DNA from: Alphaproteobacteria bacterium
Lineage (GTDB): Bacteria > Pseudomonadota > Alphaproteobacteria > Bin95
Assembly: GCA_963665325.3 (NCBI GenBank)
Contig: CAXXWS020000004.1
Location: 288,001-352,000, forward strand
Direction of reading: 5' to 3'
Length of the DNA: 64,000 bases
The notes below the pieces were generated by a model. That model saw only the letters and a list, made by a program, of their open reading frames with translations. It had not been told where the DNA came from and ran no database searches. Made by a program: the position numbers and the translations under genes. Shown in pieces: positions 11,933 through 23,054 of this stretch (the stretch's first letter is position 1; each line of letters opens with the position of its first letter).

Positions 11933-12583
11933 ATGGCTGAGATTCTCGTCGTCAATCCGAACAGCACCGAGGCCGTGACGGAGGCCATCGACCGGGCGGC
12001 AGAGCCCTTCCGGGTAGCGGGCGGGCCGCAAATCCGGGCGGCGACTAACCGCGCCGGCCCTCCCGGCATTCAGAGCCAGGGCGATGCCGACGGGGTCGTT
12101 CCGCAATTGCGCGAGATGGCGTCGGAAAGCGGTGCGGACGCGCTGGTGCTCGCGTGCTTTTCGGACCCCGGCCTGCATGTCCTGCGCGAGGATACCGGCA
12201 AGCCCGTGGTCGGCATCGCCGAGGCGGGGCTGCTGACGGCGCTCACGCTCGGCGAACGGGTCGGCGTGCTCGCCATCCTTGCGCGCTCGGTGCCGCGCCA
12301 CCTTCGCTATGTCCGCCAGATGGGCCTCGATGCACGGTTCGCCGGCGACCGGCCGGTGGACCTCGAAGTGGTCGAGCTGGCGGACCCGGTGCGCACCCGC
12401 GCCCGCCTGCTGGAGACCGGCCGCGAACTGCGCGACCGGGACGGCGCGGATGTGCTGGTGCTCGGCTGCGCCGGCATGGCCGACCAGCGCCCCGCGCTGG
12501 CCCAGGCTCTCGGCATGCCGATCGTCGAACCAGTCCAGGCCGCCATCGGCATGGCCGTGTCCTCGGTCACGCGGGGCTGGTGA
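11933..12583 (+). CDS. Asp/Glu/hydantoin racemase family protein
   Basis: ILVVNPNS, LACFSDPGL, VLGCAGM. Confidence 0.88.
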   Translation: MAEILVVNPNSTEAVTEAIDRAAEPFRVAGGPQIRAATNRAGPPGIQSQGDADGVVPQLREMASESGADALVLACFSDPGLHVLREDTGKPVVGIAEAGLLTALTLGERVGVLAILARSVPRHLRYVRQMGLDARFAGDRPVDLEVVELADPVRTRARLLETGRELRDRDGADVLVLGCAGMADQRPALAQALGMPIVEPVQAAIGMAVSSVTRGW

Positions 12584-12645
12584 GGCCGGCGCGAGCGGAA
12601 CCGGAGTACAGCAGGCCGCATCGCACGGGAAGGCGCGCAACGGGG

Positions 12646-12803
12646 ACTTGACGTACCGAAGGGCGTAGTAAGTTGAGAGCAGAGGAAGGGCGGCTTCGGA
12701 AGCCGCCTTTTCGATTCCGGAGGACGAAGGAGCCTGAGAGGCGTGTCAAAAGCGGCTGGCGGAAGCACGAGGCCTCATGGCAAGACATGACCGGTTCATG
12801 ACA
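12646..12803 (+). repeat. Short copy (C) of dispersed promoter-hairpin-CATGAC element
   Basis: TTGACG 12648, TAAGTT 12669, hairpin AAGGGCGGCTT-CGG-AAGCCGCCTTT, then CATGGC/CATGAC/CATGAC at 12776/12786/12797; matches both ends of the copies at 26.3 and 43.4-43.9 kb. Confidence 0.6.
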
Positions 12804-12940
12804 TGTTTCCCGGCTGCAATCCCGCGGACTCCGGACGGGAACGCCGCGCCCGCTCTCCCGGCGTCCGTTCGAGCGACCGCTCTTTCCCGCCTCGCCGATG
12901 CCTTGCGCCCGGAGCGGCGGGGCGGGTATGTTGGCGGTGT

Positions 12941-13017
12941 CGGAGCGTAGCGCAGTCTGGTAGCGCATCACACTGGGGGTGTGGGGGTCGCAGGTTCGAA
13001 TCCTGCCGCTCCGACCA
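12941..13017 (+). tRNA. tRNA-Pro(GGG)
   Basis: CGGAGCGTAGCGCAGTCTGGTAGCGCA...loop CTGGGGG...GGTTCGAATCC...CTCCGACCA. Confidence 0.96.
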
Positions 13018-13048
13018 GGCGCGGAGCCGGCTCCCGGAGAGCGTATCC

Positions 13049-13792
13049 ATGGAGCCGCTGACGCTTGCCGTCGCCATTGCCGGCCTGTTCCTCGGCGGTC
13101 TCATCAAGGGCGCCATCGGGCTCGGCATGCCGCTCGTCATGATCTCCGTGCTCGCCATCGTCATGCCGCTCCGCGAGGCGCTGCCGCTGATCGCGGTGTC
13201 GCTTATCGCCGCGAATGTCTGGCAGGTCTGGGCGACCTGGCGCAACCGGCCGGGCCTCAGGCAATTGCTGAGCCTCGTCCTGCCGCTGATGGCAGCTATC
13301 TGGATCTCGTCCGGCTTCATTGCCGAGGGAGACCCGGACCTGCTGAATGCCGTCGTCGGCCTCATCGTCATCGGCTATGTCGTAGTTTCCTGGACACGCT
13401 GGGAACCCCGCCTGCCGGAGCGCCTGGAGCCGGCCGTCACACCTCTGGTCGGCACGGCGGTCGGCGCCGTGGGCGGCGTTACCGGCGTGTTCGGCCCGCA
13501 ACTCGGCGTCTATCTGCTCGCGCTGCGCATGGAGCCGGGCGCCATGGTCGGCCTGCTCGGCTGGACCCTGCTTGCCGGCTCGTCGACGCTTGCGGTGGCG
13601 CTTGCCGGCCACGGCCTGCTCGCGACCGCCGGGGATTGGGCGCTTTCGGCCGCGGCTTTCCTGCCGGCGCTTGCCGGTCTCGTTGCGGGCGGCAGGCTGC
13701 GCGAGGCCATGCCGGTTGGGCGGTTCCGCACGCTCGTCATGGCGGGCCTGCTCGCGCTCGGCATTGCCAACCTGCGCGGTCTCGTGACATGA
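13049..13792 (+). CDS. TauE/SafE-family (sulfite exporter) membrane protein
   Basis: GGLIKGAIGLGMPL, GGVTGVFGP, multiple TM segments. Confidence 0.85.
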   Translation: MEPLTLAVAIAGLFLGGLIKGAIGLGMPLVMISVLAIVMPLREALPLIAVSLIAANVWQVWATWRNRPGLRQLLSLVLPLMAAIWISSGFIAEGDPDLLNAVVGLIVIGYVVVSWTRWEPRLPERLEPAVTPLVGTAVGAVGGVTGVFGPQLGVYLLALRMEPGAMVGLLGWTLLAGSSTLAVALAGHGLLATAGDWALSAAAFLPALAGLVAGGRLREAMPVGRFRTLVMAGLLALGIANLRGLVT

Positions 13793-14142
13793 AGGCCGCC
13801 ATGTCCCGCCCCTGCCTCCTCTACATGACGGCCGGCGACCGCGAAGAAGCGCTGGCGCTCGCGCGCATGCTGGTGGTCGAGCGGCTCGCCGCCTGCGCCA
13901 ACGTGCTGGGCGCGGCCACTTCCGTCTATCGCTGGGAAGGCGCGGTGCAGGAGGAGGGCGAGGTCGTGCTGGTGGCGAAGACCGTGGAGGACCGGGTAGA
14001 GGCGGCTGCGAGCCGGGTGCGCGAGGCGCACAGCTATGACAGCCCCTGCGTCGTGGCGCTGCCGATCTCCGGCGGCGATGCGGAGTTTCTTTCCTGGGTG
14101 CAGGAGGAGGTGCTGGCTCCGGAAGCGCAGGAGACGCGATGA
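13789..14142 (+). CDS. cutA: Divalent-cation tolerance protein CutA
   Basis: LVVERLAACAN...SVYRWEG...HSYDSPCVVALPI. Confidence 0.92.
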   Translation: MKAAMSRPCLLYMTAGDREEALALARMLVVERLAACANVLGAATSVYRWEGAVQEEGEVVLVAKTVEDRVEAAASRVREAHSYDSPCVVALPISGGDAEFLSWVQEEVLAPEAQETR

Positions 14143-15389
14143 GAACCGGCCCCTTTCTCTTCCTCTGCGTCGGCCACAGCATCGACCATATCTTCATGCT
14201 GATGTTCATGGCCGTGATCGGCTTCACGGTCGCGCCTTTCTGGGGGCTGACCTACGGCGAACTGGCGCTCCTGTTCACGCCGGCTACCATCATGTTCGGG
14301 CTCGGCAGCCCGCTCGCCGGCTGGCTTGCCGACCGCTGGTCCGGACCCGGCATGATGACGGTGTATTTCGTCGGCATCGGGATCTCCTCCGTATTGACCG
14401 GCTTCGCGGACGGTCCGGTCATGCTGGGCGCCGGCCTGTTCCTTGTCGGCATTTTCGCCTCGATCTACCACCCGGTCGGCATCCCGCTGATCGTGCGCGG
14501 CGCGGGCGACCGCCGCGGGCGTCTGCTCGGCATTAACGGCGTGTTCGGCAGCGCCGGCATGGCGGTGACGCCGATCATCATGAGCGGCCTGCTGGCTGTC
14601 GGCGGCTGGCGGGCGGTGTTCATCGTGCCGGGCCTGGTGGCGATCCTGATCGGCATCGTTTTCCATATGCGGTTCAGGGAAAGCCTGCCGCTGCGCAGGT
14701 CAACGCGGGCCCGGACACCAGCTCCGCAATCGGGGCGCGCGGCGCTCATGGAGATGTGGCGGTCGCAGCCGGAAGCGGAGCGGCGCGATTTTGTGCGCGC
14801 CATGGTCATCCTCGGCATCATCACCGTGGCCACGGGGCTGATCTTCCAGGCGCTTACCAACGGCGTGCCGAAGATCGTCAACCATCGCGTCACCACGTTC
14901 GGCGACGACATCTTCCTGCTTTCGGCGACGGCGTCGGGCATTCTCGTGGTCAGCGGGCTGGCGCAGTTGATCGGCGGCGAGCTGGCCGACCGCTTCCCGC
15001 TGCGCCGGCTCTTCATCGCCGTTTATGCGGGCCTGCCGCCCGCCCTCGCAGCCGCGGCTTTCGCCTATGACATGCCGATGATCGCGGTCTTCACGCTCGC
15101 CACTGCAATCGTTGTCGGCAACCAGCCGATCTCGGACCTGCTGTTCGCGCGCTACATGCCGGAGCAGTGGCTTTCGACGGCCTACGGCATCCGGTTTGCG
15201 CTCTCGCTCGGCAGCGGTGTCGTGGCACTGCCCCTGCTGGGACTCGGGTTCGACTACACCGGCGATTTCGCGCTCCTGTTCTATGCGATGGCGGCGGTGG
15301 CGGTGGTGGTGGTGCTGGCGGCGATGAAGCTGCCGGCAGACGCGAAGGCGGACGCCGCCGCAACGGTTCGGGCGGCGCCGGGCGAATAG
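14139..15389 (+). CDS. MFS transporter
   Basis: GWLADRW motif A, ASIYHPVG, about 12 TM segments. Confidence 0.88.
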   Translation: MRTGPFLFLCVGHSIDHIFMLMFMAVIGFTVAPFWGLTYGELALLFTPATIMFGLGSPLAGWLADRWSGPGMMTVYFVGIGISSVLTGFADGPVMLGAGLFLVGIFASIYHPVGIPLIVRGAGDRRGRLLGINGVFGSAGMAVTPIIMSGLLAVGGWRAVFIVPGLVAILIGIVFHMRFRESLPLRRSTRARTPAPQSGRAALMEMWRSQPEAERRDFVRAMVILGIITVATGLIFQALTNGVPKIVNHRVTTFGDDIFLLSATASGILVVSGLAQLIGGELADRFPLRRLFIAVYAGLPPALAAAAFAYDMPMIAVFTLATAIVVGNQPISDLLFARYMPEQWLSTAYGIRFALSLGSGVVALPLLGLGFDYTGDFALLFYAMAAVAVVVVLAAMKLPADAKADAAATVRAAPGE

Positions 15390-15394
15390 CGGCC

Positions 15395-16561
15395 GTGGAG
15401 CGCACGCAAGTCGGGATCGTCGGCGCCGGCCCTGCCGGCCTGATGCTCTCCCACCTGCTCGCTCGTGCCGGCATCGAAAGCGTCATTCTGGAGCGCCGCT
15501 CGCGCGACTGGATCGAGGCGCGGGTGCGCGCCGGCCTGCTGGAACAGGGCAGCGTGGACCTGCTCAACCGCACGGGCCTCGGCGCGCGGATGGCGAAACT
15601 GGCGCTCCGCCATCGAGGTATCGAGATTTCGACCGGCGGGCGGCGTCACCATATCGACTTCATGGACATCACCGGCGGCAAGGGCGTCACCGTCTATGCC
15701 CAGCATGAGGTGGTGAAGGACCTGGTGGCGGCGCGTTTGGAGGCCGGGGGCGACCTGCGCTTCGAGGTCGAGGGCGTCGGGCTCGAAGGCATCGGCGGGC
15801 CGGAGCCGCGCCTCGCCTGGCCGGGTGGCACAATCGCCTGCGACTTCATCGCCGGCTGCGACGGCTATCACGGCGTCTCGCGCGCTGCGATCCCGCCCGA
15901 CGCGCTGACGCTCTTCCACCGCGAGTTCCCCTATGCCTGGCTCGGCCTGCTCGGCGAGGCGCCGCCCTTCCAGGACGAGCTCGTCTATGCCCGCCACGAG
16001 GCCGGATTCGCGCTGTTCAGCATGCGCTCGCCCGAGCTGACGCGCGCCTATGTGCAATGCCGGGCGGACGAGGACCCGGAAAAGTGGACGGCCGAAGAGC
16101 TCTGGGACGAGCTCGACCGGCGGCTGGCGGTGCAACTCAACCGGGGGCCGCTGCTGCTGAAGTCGGTGACGCCGATGCGCGCCTTCGTGGCCGAGCCGAT
16201 GCGCTATGGGCGGCTCTTCCTCGCGGGCGACGCCGCCCACATCGTGCCGCCGACAGGGGCCAAGGGCATGAACCTGGCCTTCGCCGATGTGGTGGCGCTG
16301 GCCCGGGCGCTCGTCCATTACTACCGGGAAGGCGACGAGGCGGGCCTCACCGCCTATTCGGAAACCTGCCTTGCGCGCGTCTGGAAGGTGCAGCGCTTCT
16401 CCATGTGGATGACGCGCCTGTTGCACCGCGACCCCGCGCATGACGAATTCGAGCGCCGCCTGCAGGGCGCCGAGCTCGAATACATGCTCGGCTCCGACGC
16501 CGCCCGGCAAAGCCTTGCCGAGAACTACACCGGCCTGCCCCTCGATCTTGAGGGCGTGTAG
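15395..16561 (+). CDS. pobA: 4-hydroxybenzoate 3-monooxygenase
   Basis: TQVGIVGAGPAGL, RVRAGLLEQG, CDFIAGCDGYHG, GDAAHIVPPTGAKGMN, AENYTGLP. Confidence 0.93.
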   Translation: MERTQVGIVGAGPAGLMLSHLLARAGIESVILERRSRDWIEARVRAGLLEQGSVDLLNRTGLGARMAKLALRHRGIEISTGGRRHHIDFMDITGGKGVTVYAQHEVVKDLVAARLEAGGDLRFEVEGVGLEGIGGPEPRLAWPGGTIACDFIAGCDGYHGVSRAAIPPDALTLFHREFPYAWLGLLGEAPPFQDELVYARHEAGFALFSMRSPELTRAYVQCRADEDPEKWTAEELWDELDRRLAVQLNRGPLLLKSVTPMRAFVAEPMRYGRLFLAGDAAHIVPPTGAKGMNLAFADVVALARALVHYYREGDEAGLTAYSETCLARVWKVQRFSMWMTRLLHRDPAHDEFERRLQGAELEYMLGSDAARQSLAENYTGLPLDLEGV

Positions 16562-16630
16562 AGGCGGGTAATCCTTGCCCGCGGCGGCCCGGAACGCCAT
16601 AATTCCGTTGACTTCGACAGGAGGCCGCCC

Positions 16631-16984
16631 GTGGCCGCCGACAGTTCCGACGCGCCGCTCAGCGCCGCCGAAATACAGGAATTCCGCCGGCTGATCGCCG
16701 ACGGGCGGCGCTCCGGCCAGGGCTTTCACCCTTTGGCGACCACCCTGGTCGGCGTATTCGCCGCGGGCTTCCTCGCCCTGTTCGGATGGATGGCCTTCCA
16801 GACGCACGCCAGCAGCGCAGCCATCGCCGTGCTGCAAACCGAGGTCGCCGCGCTGCAGGTCGACGTGAAGGAGCTGAAGGCCGGGCAGGAGGAATTGAAG
16901 GCCGGGCAAGCGGAACTGCGGGCCGAAATGCGAGCCGGGCTGCAGGAACTGAAGGCCCTGATTCTGGAACAGCGGCGGGGATAG
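16631..16984 (+). CDS. Small single-TM protein with heptad coiled-coil tail
   Basis: RBS AGGAGG before GTG; TM LVGVFAAGFLALFGWMAF; VKELKAGQEELKAGQAELRAEMRAGLQELK. Confidence 0.7.
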   Translation: MAADSSDAPLSAAEIQEFRRLIADGRRSGQGFHPLATTLVGVFAAGFLALFGWMAFQTHASSAAIAVLQTEVAALQVDVKELKAGQEELKAGQAELRAEMRAGLQELKALILEQRRG

Positions 16985-17160
16985 CGCGGGATAGCCTTGC
17001 GAAGGCTTCGCTGCCCCGTCGACGCAGGCGGCCGCTCCAAACGGGCTGCCCCTGTCGCCGGCTGCATATCGAGGGGCGGTCCTTCGATAGGCCCGCCTCC
17101 GACGCGCTGCTCGGGACGAGGGATGGGGAGGCGTGGACGGGCGGTCCGCGCGCAAGACAC

Positions 17161-17270
17161 CCTTACCCTGAGTAGCCGCCCAGCGGCGTATCGAAGGGCC
17201 GCCTGAAGCTGCCGGCAGGGCGGCCCTTCGATACGCGCCCGCTGGCGCGGTCGCTACTCAGGATGAGGGG
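17161..17270. repeat. Alphaproteobacterial REP-like palindromic element (degenerate second copy about 17060-17130)
   Basis: CCTTACCCTGAGTAGC...CGTATCGAAGGGCCGCC / GGCGGCCCTTCGATACG...GCTACTCAGGATGAGG, nested inverted repeats between convergent genes. Confidence 0.75.
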
Positions 17271-17473
17271 ACTGAGGGCCCGGCCGCCGGGCAGGCCGAA
17301 CTGAAGGCCAACCCGATGGAGCAGCGGCGACGTCAAAAAGCTACGTCGAACACTCCAACGATCGACAGCGCCGGATACGGAGAAGATGTTCCTGCGCTGT
17401 AACGTGATACAGAAACCGTCGTAGTCGTTGGAAGCGCCCGAGGTCGAAGGGCGGGCGACCACCCGCCCCCGCA

Positions 17474-18088
17474 CTACTCCGCGTAGAGCCAGGGGCGGGC
17501 TATGCGGTCGGCGGATTCGAAGCTGTCGATGCTCTTCGCGCGCTCCATGGTCATCCCGATATCGTCGAGGCCGTTCAGCAGGCAGTGCTTGCGGAAGGGA
17601 TCGACCTCGAAGGCGATCTCCTCGCCGTCGGGGCGGGTGATGACCTGGTTCTCCAGATCGACGGTGATGCGCGCGTTCTCGCCCCGCTGCGCATCTTCCA
17701 TCAGCTTGTCGCGGTCTTCCGCGGGCAGCTTGATCGGCAGGAGGCCGTTCTTGAAGCTGTTATTGTAGAAGATGTCGGCGAAATCCGTGCCCAGAATGGC
17801 GCGCACGCCGTAGTCGGCCAGCGCCCAGGGAGCGTGCTCGCGCGAGGACCCGCAGCCAAAATTGTCGCCCACCACCAGGATGCCGGCGCCGCGCCAGGCT
17901 GGCTGGTTCAGCACGAAGTCCGGGTTCTCGTTGCCTTCGCCGTCGAAGCGCATGTCGTTGAAAAGGTGCCGGCCGAGGCCCGAGCGCTCGATGGTCCTGA
18001 GGAAGCGCGCGGGGATGATCTTGTCCGTGTCGATATTGATCTGCGGCAGCGGCGCGCCGACGCTGGTCACGGTCTCGTATTTGCGCAT
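17474..18088 (-). CDS. leuD: 3-isopropylmalate dehydratase small subunit
   Basis: [37 protein letters not shown]. Confidence 0.97.
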   Translation of the reverse strand: MRKYETVTSVGAPLPQINIDTDKIIPARFLRTIERSGLGRHLFNDMRFDGEGNENPDFVLNQPAWRGAGILVVGDNFGCGSSREHAPWALADYGVRAILGTDFADIFYNNSFKNGLLPIKLPAEDRDKLMEDAQRGENARITVDLENQVITRPDGEEIAFEVDPFRKHCLLNGLDDIGMTMERAKSIDSFESADRIARPWLYAE

Positions 18089-18105
18089 GGGAACGGTCCC
18101 TTCGT

Positions 18106-19521
18106 CTATCGGTCCAGGTCGCGCAGGTCGGCGAGATGCCCTGCAACGGCGGCGGCGGCGGCCATGGCGGGGCTCACCAGATGGGTGCGTCCGCCCGGAC
18201 CCTGCCGGCCCTCGAAATTGCGGTTGGATGTCGACGCGCTGCGCTCGCCGGGAGCCAGCCTGTCGTCGTTCATCGCAAGGCACATCGAACAGCCCGCGTC
18301 GCGCCACTCGAAACCGGCCTCGACCAAAATGCGGTCGAGCCCCTCTTCCTCCGCCTGCACCTTGACTAGGCCGGAGCCCGGCACCACCAGGGCTCGCACG
18401 CCGTCGGCCACCTTGCGCCCCTGGGCAACGGCCGCTGCGGCGCGGATGTCTTCGATGCGCCCGTTGGTGCAGGAGCCGATGAACACCGTGTCAACGGCGA
18501 TTTCCTGGAGCGGCTGGCCCGCCCGGAGGCCCATATAGTCGATGGACCGTTGCACCGCCTGGCGCCGGTCCTCGTCGTCGATCTCTGCGGGGTCCGGCAC
18601 GCTTGCCGTGATCGGCAGCGCATCCTGCGGGCTGGTGCCCCAGGTGACATAGGGCGCGATCTCGTCGGCGCGAATGCGCACCACCTTGTCATAGACCGCG
18701 CCCGGGTCGGAGGGCAGGCGCTTCCAGACCGCGACCGCAGCATCCCATGCCGCACCCTTGGGCGCATGCGGGCGGCCCTTGAGATAGCCGAAGGTCGTGT
18801 CGTCCGGTGCGATCAGGCCGGCGCGGGCGCCCGCTTCGATCGACATGTTGCAGACGGTCATGCGGCCTTCCATGGAAAGCTCGCGGATCGCCTGCCCGGT
18901 ATATTCGATCACATGGCCGGTGCCGCCGGCGGTGCCGATGCGCCCGATAATGGCGAGGATCAGGTCCTTGGCGGTGCAGCCCGGCGGCAGCGAGCCCTCG
19001 ATATCGACCTGCATGTTGCGCGCCGGGCGCTGGATCAGCGTCTGCGTCGCCAGCACATGCTCGACCTCGGAGGTGCCGATGCCGAAGGCAAGTGCCCCGA
19101 AGGCGCCGTGCGTCGAGGTGTGGCTGTCGCCGCAAACGACCGTCGTGCCCGGCTGGGTCATGCCCTGCTCAGGGCCGATTATGTGCACGATGCCCTGGCG
19201 GACATCGTCTATCGGGTAGTAGGGCACGCCGAACTCGACGACATTGCGCTCCAGTGTCTCGACCTGGATGCGCGATTCCTCGTTCTCGATCACGCCCGCC
19301 CGGGCGCCCGGCACGGTCGGGATGTTGTGGTCGGCAACCGCAATGGTGGCGTCCGGCCGGCGCACGCCGCGCCCGGCGGCGCGAAGTCCGGCAAAGGCCT
19401 GCGGGCTCGTGACCTCATGCACCAGATGGCGGTCGATGTAGATCAGGCAGGTGCCGTCTTCCTGGGTGTCGACCAGATGGTTCGCCCAGATCTTGTCGAA
19501 TAGGGTGCGCGGTTCAGTCAT
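18106..19521 (-). CDS. leuC: 3-isopropylmalate dehydratase large subunit
   Basis: [55 protein letters not shown]. Confidence 0.98.
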   Translation of the reverse strand: MTEPRTLFDKIWANHLVDTQEDGTCLIYIDRHLVHEVTSPQAFAGLRAAGRGVRRPDATIAVADHNIPTVPGARAGVIENEESRIQVETLERNVVEFGVPYYPIDDVRQGIVHIIGPEQGMTQPGTTVVCGDSHTSTHGAFGALAFGIGTSEVEHVLATQTLIQRPARNMQVDIEGSLPPGCTAKDLILAIIGRIGTAGGTGHVIEYTGQAIRELSMEGRMTVCNMSIEAGARAGLIAPDDTTFGYLKGRPHAPKGAAWDAAVAVWKRLPSDPGAVYDKVVRIRADEIAPYVTWGTSPQDALPITASVPDPAEIDDEDRRQAVQRSIDYMGLRAGQPLQEIAVDTVFIGSCTNGRIEDIRAAAAVAQGRKVADGVRALVVPGSGLVKVQAEEEGLDRILVEAGFEWRDAGCSMCLAMNDDRLAPGERSASTSNRNFEGRQGPGGRTHLVSPAMAAAAAVAGHLADLRDLDR

Positions 19522-19924
19522 CGCCGTCGGTCCCGTTCTTCCGTTTCGTCCGTCTCACGACGCCGCGGGTGCGTTCGGCGATACGCGCCGACCGACCGCG
19601 CCGCTCGCGCAGATAGTAGAGCTTGGCCCGGCGCACCCGCCCGCGCCGTATCACCTCGATGCCGGCGATATTGGGCGAGTAGAGCGGGAAGATGCGCTCC
19701 ACGCCCTCGCCGGAGGAAATCTTCCGCACAACGAAGGACGCGTTGAGGTTCTTGCCGCCGCGTTTCGCGATCACCACGCCCTCATAGGCCTGGATGCGCT
19801 CGCGGGTGCCCTCGACCACCTTGTAGTTGACCCGCACGGTATCGCCCGGACGGAAATCCGGAATCTCGCGGCTCTCGGTGAGCCGCGAGATCTGTTCGCG
19901 CTCCAGCGTCTCGATGATGTTCAT
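19514..19924 (-). CDS. rplS: 50S ribosomal protein L19
   Basis: [11 protein letters not shown]...GEGVERIFP...[14 protein letters not shown]. Confidence 0.97.
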   Translation of the reverse strand: MNIIETLEREQISRLTESREIPDFRPGDTVRVNYKVVEGTRERIQAYEGVVIAKRGGKNLNASFVVRKISSGEGVERIFPLYSPNIAGIEVIRRGRVRRAKLYYLRERRGRSARIAERTRGVVRRTKRKNGTDGDD

Positions 19925-20625
19925 CGGCCTTCGTCCTCATTTTCCGCCCGGCGCGCCCAGAGGTCCGGCCGCCGCGTCCGCGTTATGTCTTCCGCCCGCT
20001 CCTGACGCCAGGCGCGGATATTGCAATGATGGCCCGAAAGCAAGACTTCCGGTGCCGCACGCCCGGACCAGACGGCCGGCCGCGTATAGTGCGGGTATTC
20101 CAGCAACCCGCCCTGGAAACTCTCCTCGCGGACCGACTCCGCCTTGCCCGCAACGCCCGGCAGCAGGCGCACACAGGCATCCAGCAGGGCGATGGCCGCC
20201 GGCTCACCGCCGGACAGCACGAAGTCCCCGAGGCTCACCTCCTCCGGCGCCCAAGCGTCGAGGAGGCGCTGGTCGATCCCCTCATAACGCCCGCAGAGCA
20301 GGGTCGGCCCCGCGCCCGCAGCCAGCGCCGCCGCCCGGCGCTGCGTGAGCGGCCGGCCTCGCGGCGAGAGGTGGATCAACGGCCCCCGCCGGTCCCATCC
20401 GGCGTGGATCGCTTCCGACACCACATCGGCCCGCATGACCATGCCGGCGCCCCCGCCGAACGGCGTGTCGTCCACGGTGGCGTGCTTATCGCGCGCAAAG
20501 GCGCGAATGTCCACCACCTCCAGCCGCCAGATGTCCGTTTGGAGCGCCCGCCCGGCGAGCGAATGGCCGAGCGGCCCCGGAAACATCTCCGGGAAGAGCG
20601 TCAGCACTGTTGCGCTCCAGCTCAC
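19921..20625 (-). CDS. trmD: tRNA (guanine37-N1)-methyltransferase
   Basis: [43 protein letters not shown]. Confidence 0.97.
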   Translation of the reverse strand: MSWSATVLTLFPEMFPGPLGHSLAGRALQTDIWRLEVVDIRAFARDKHATVDDTPFGGGAGMVMRADVVSEAIHAGWDRRGPLIHLSPRGRPLTQRRAAALAAGAGPTLLCGRYEGIDQRLLDAWAPEEVSLGDFVLSGGEPAAIALLDACVRLLPGVAGKAESVREESFQGGLLEYPHYTRPAVWSGRAAPEVLLSGHHCNIRAWRQERAEDITRTRRPDLWARRAENEDEGR

Positions 20626-21128
20626 AACCCCTCCGGCGGGTCGATGGTGACGGCGCCTGCGGCCAGGTCGATGTCGGGCACGGTCTCGCGCGTGAAGGGG
20701 AAGACGCGCGGCTGGCCGCCTTCGTCCGGCAGCACCTCGATCAGGTCTCCGGCGCCGAAATCGTGCAGCGCGCGCACCGTGCCCAGCCGGTTGCCGTTCG
20801 TGTCGACCGCGGCAAGGCCGACAAGGTCCGCATGGTAGAACTCTTCCTCGTCCTCCGCCGGAGGCAGCGCCCCCCGGTCGAGGAACAGTTCGACGCCCTT
20901 GAGCGCCTCCGCCCCGTTCCGGTCCCCCACGCCCTTGATGTGCACGAGCGCCACACCCTTCTCGACCCTGATCAGGCGAAGCGCGAAGCGCCGGGCGTCG
21001 GCGGCATCCTTGAGCGGCCCGTACTCGGCAATCGCTTCCGGCGCGGCAGTGAAGGTCTTGACCCGCACCGCTCCTCGCAGCCCGTGCGCCCCGGCAATGA
21101 CGCCGAGGCAGAGGCGGGACGCGTGCAT
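20622..21128 (-). CDS. rimM: 16S rRNA processing protein RimM
   Basis: [28 protein letters not shown]; between rpsP and trmD. Confidence 0.95.
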   Translation of the reverse strand: MHASRLCLGVIAGAHGLRGAVRVKTFTAAPEAIAEYGPLKDAADARRFALRLIRVEKGVALVHIKGVGDRNGAEALKGVELFLDRGALPPAEDEEEFYHADLVGLAAVDTNGNRLGTVRALHDFGAGDLIEVLPDEGGQPRVFPFTRETVPDIDLAAGAVTIDPPEGL

Positions 21129-21152
21129 CCTTCGGCTCCGTCCTGCCCGGCT

Positions 21153-21500
21153 CTATTCCGCAGCGGCAGCCTCGGCCTTGGCCTTCATGCGCTCCTGCGC
21201 CTTGGCCTTGGGCAGATGCTGTTTGGTCTGCTGCGGCAATTCGGGCGGGGCGACGATGCCGGCCGCGCCGAGGAACCGGGCCACGCGCTCCGATGGCGTC
21301 GCGCCTACCGAGAGCCAGTGCCGGATGCGCTCTTCCTTGAGTCGCAGCCGGTCTTCGTGGTCCTTTGGTACCATCGGGTTGTAGAAACCGAGGATCTCGA
21401 TGAAACGTCCGTCGCGGGGCGCGGAGCCCTCGGCGACGACGATGCGGTAGAAGGGCCGGCGCTTGGCGCCGCCGCGGGTAAGACGAATCCTGAGTGCCAT
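21153..21500 (-). CDS. rpsP: 30S ribosomal protein S16
   Basis: [23 protein letters not shown]...PRDGRFIE. Confidence 0.97.
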   Translation of the reverse strand: MALRIRLTRGGAKRRPFYRIVVAEGSAPRDGRFIEILGFYNPMVPKDHEDRLRLKEERIRHWLSVGATPSERVARFLGAAGIVAPPELPQQTKQHLPKAKAQERMKAKAEAAAAE

Positions 21501-21536
21501 GAGCTTTCCGTAGGGTGGGAGAGGGAGTAGTCGGGA

Positions 21537-22892
21537 TCAGCGCCGGGCGAGCAGGGAATCGAGCCCCCGGCCCGCCAGGCCGCCGCGTTTCTCCAGCTTG
21601 CCGACGCGCTTCATCATCGTCTGCATCTGCTGGAATTGCTTGAGCATCCGGTTCACTTCCGGGACCGTGGCGCCGGCCCCGGCCGCGATGCGCCGCTTGC
21701 GCGACGCCTTGACGATTTCAGGCCGGGCGCGCTCGCGGGGCGTCATCGAGAGGATGATGGCTTCCTGGCGCACGAGCCAGCGCTCGTCGATCTTCGCCTT
21801 CGCCATCTCGGCCTTCATCCGGCCGACCTGCGGCAGCATTCCCATCAGCCCGTCGAGCCCGCCCATCTTCTTCATCTGGCGAAGCTGTGTCAGCAGGTCG
21901 TTCAGGTCCATGCGGCCGCGGCTGAGGCGCGCGGCCAGCTTCTCGGCCTCTTCCTGCTCGATAGTCTCGGCGGCGCGCTCCACCAGGCCGACCACATCGC
22001 CCATGCCGAGAATTCGCGACGCGATCCGGTCGGGATGGAAGGCCTCGATGCGGTCGAGCTGCTCGCCTGTGCCGACGAACTTGATCGGCCGGCCGGTGAC
22101 ATGGCGCATGGAAAGCGCCGCGCCGCCGCGTGCGTCGCCGTCGATCCGGGTCAGCACGATGCCGGTGACGCCGACCTGCTCGTGAAAGGCGGTGGCGGTG
22201 TTCACCGCGTCCTGGCCGGTCATCGCATCGGCGACCAGCAGCGACTCGACCGGTTTTACCAGGTCGCGCAGCGCGGCCGCCTCTTCCATCATTTCCCGGT
22301 CAATGGACAGCCGCCCGGCGGTATCGAGGAATACGATGTCGTAGCCTTCGCGCGCGGCGATGCGCATGGCACGTTTGGCGATAGCCGCCGGCCGTTCGCC
22401 GAATACGATGGGCAGGGTGTCGATCCCCGCCTGCTTGCCGAGCAGTTCGAGCTGCTGCTGGGCCGCGGGGCGATAGACGTCCACCGAGGCCATGAGCACC
22501 TTCTTGCCGTCGCGGTCGCGCAGGCGGCAGGCGAGCTTGGCGGTGGTTGTCGTCTTGCCCGAGCCCTGCAGGCCCAGCATGAGCATGGCAAGCGGCGGGT
22601 TACCGCCGAGCTTGAGGTCCTCGGCCTCACCGCCCAGCATCTCGACCATCCGGTCGTGGACGATCTTTACGACCTGCTGGCCGGGCGTGACCGAGCGCAG
22701 CACGTCGTGCCCGACGGCCTGTTCCTTGACCGCGTCGAGCAGCGCGCGCACCGCCGGCAGCGCCGCATCGGCTTCCAGCAGGGCCACGCGCACTTCCCGC
22801 AGCGCCGCCTCGACATCGCCCACGGAGAGCGAGCCGCGCCGGGTAAGGCGCCCGAAAACCTCGCCGAGCCGCTCCGTCAGTCCTTCGAACAT
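21537..22892 (-). CDS. ffh: Signal recognition particle protein
   Basis: [42 protein letters not shown]. Confidence 0.97.
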   Translation of the reverse strand: MFEGLTERLGEVFGRLTRRGSLSVGDVEAALREVRVALLEADAALPAVRALLDAVKEQAVGHDVLRSVTPGQQVVKIVHDRMVEMLGGEAEDLKLGGNPPLAMLMLGLQGSGKTTTTAKLACRLRDRDGKKVLMASVDVYRPAAQQQLELLGKQAGIDTLPIVFGERPAAIAKRAMRIAAREGYDIVFLDTAGRLSIDREMMEEAAALRDLVKPVESLLVADAMTGQDAVNTATAFHEQVGVTGIVLTRIDGDARGGAALSMRHVTGRPIKFVGTGEQLDRIEAFHPDRIASRILGMGDVVGLVERAAETIEQEEAEKLAARLSRGRMDLNDLLTQLRQMKKMGGLDGLMGMLPQVGRMKAEMAKAKIDERWLVRQEAIILSMTPRERARPEIVKASRKRRIAAGAGATVPEVNRMLKQFQQMQTMMKRVGKLEKRGGLAGRGLDSLLARR

Positions 22893-23054
22893 GCCTGCCT
22901 CATCCTCCCGCCGGTCAAACGCCAAACGCGCCGATGCGCGAATACTCGCGGACCGGCGGACCTCCTCGGAGGCAGAGCGTGCAACGCTGTGGCGAAACGC
23001 GGCGCAACCTAGTCCCGCGCCCGCGCCCCGTCAACGCCCGGTTCCAACTCCGGG

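Noticed and set aside
12941-13017. tRNA-Pro or tRNA-Glu as island attachment sites
   Set aside because: No duplicated tRNA 3' ends or adjacent integrase were seen; flanking genes are ordinary.
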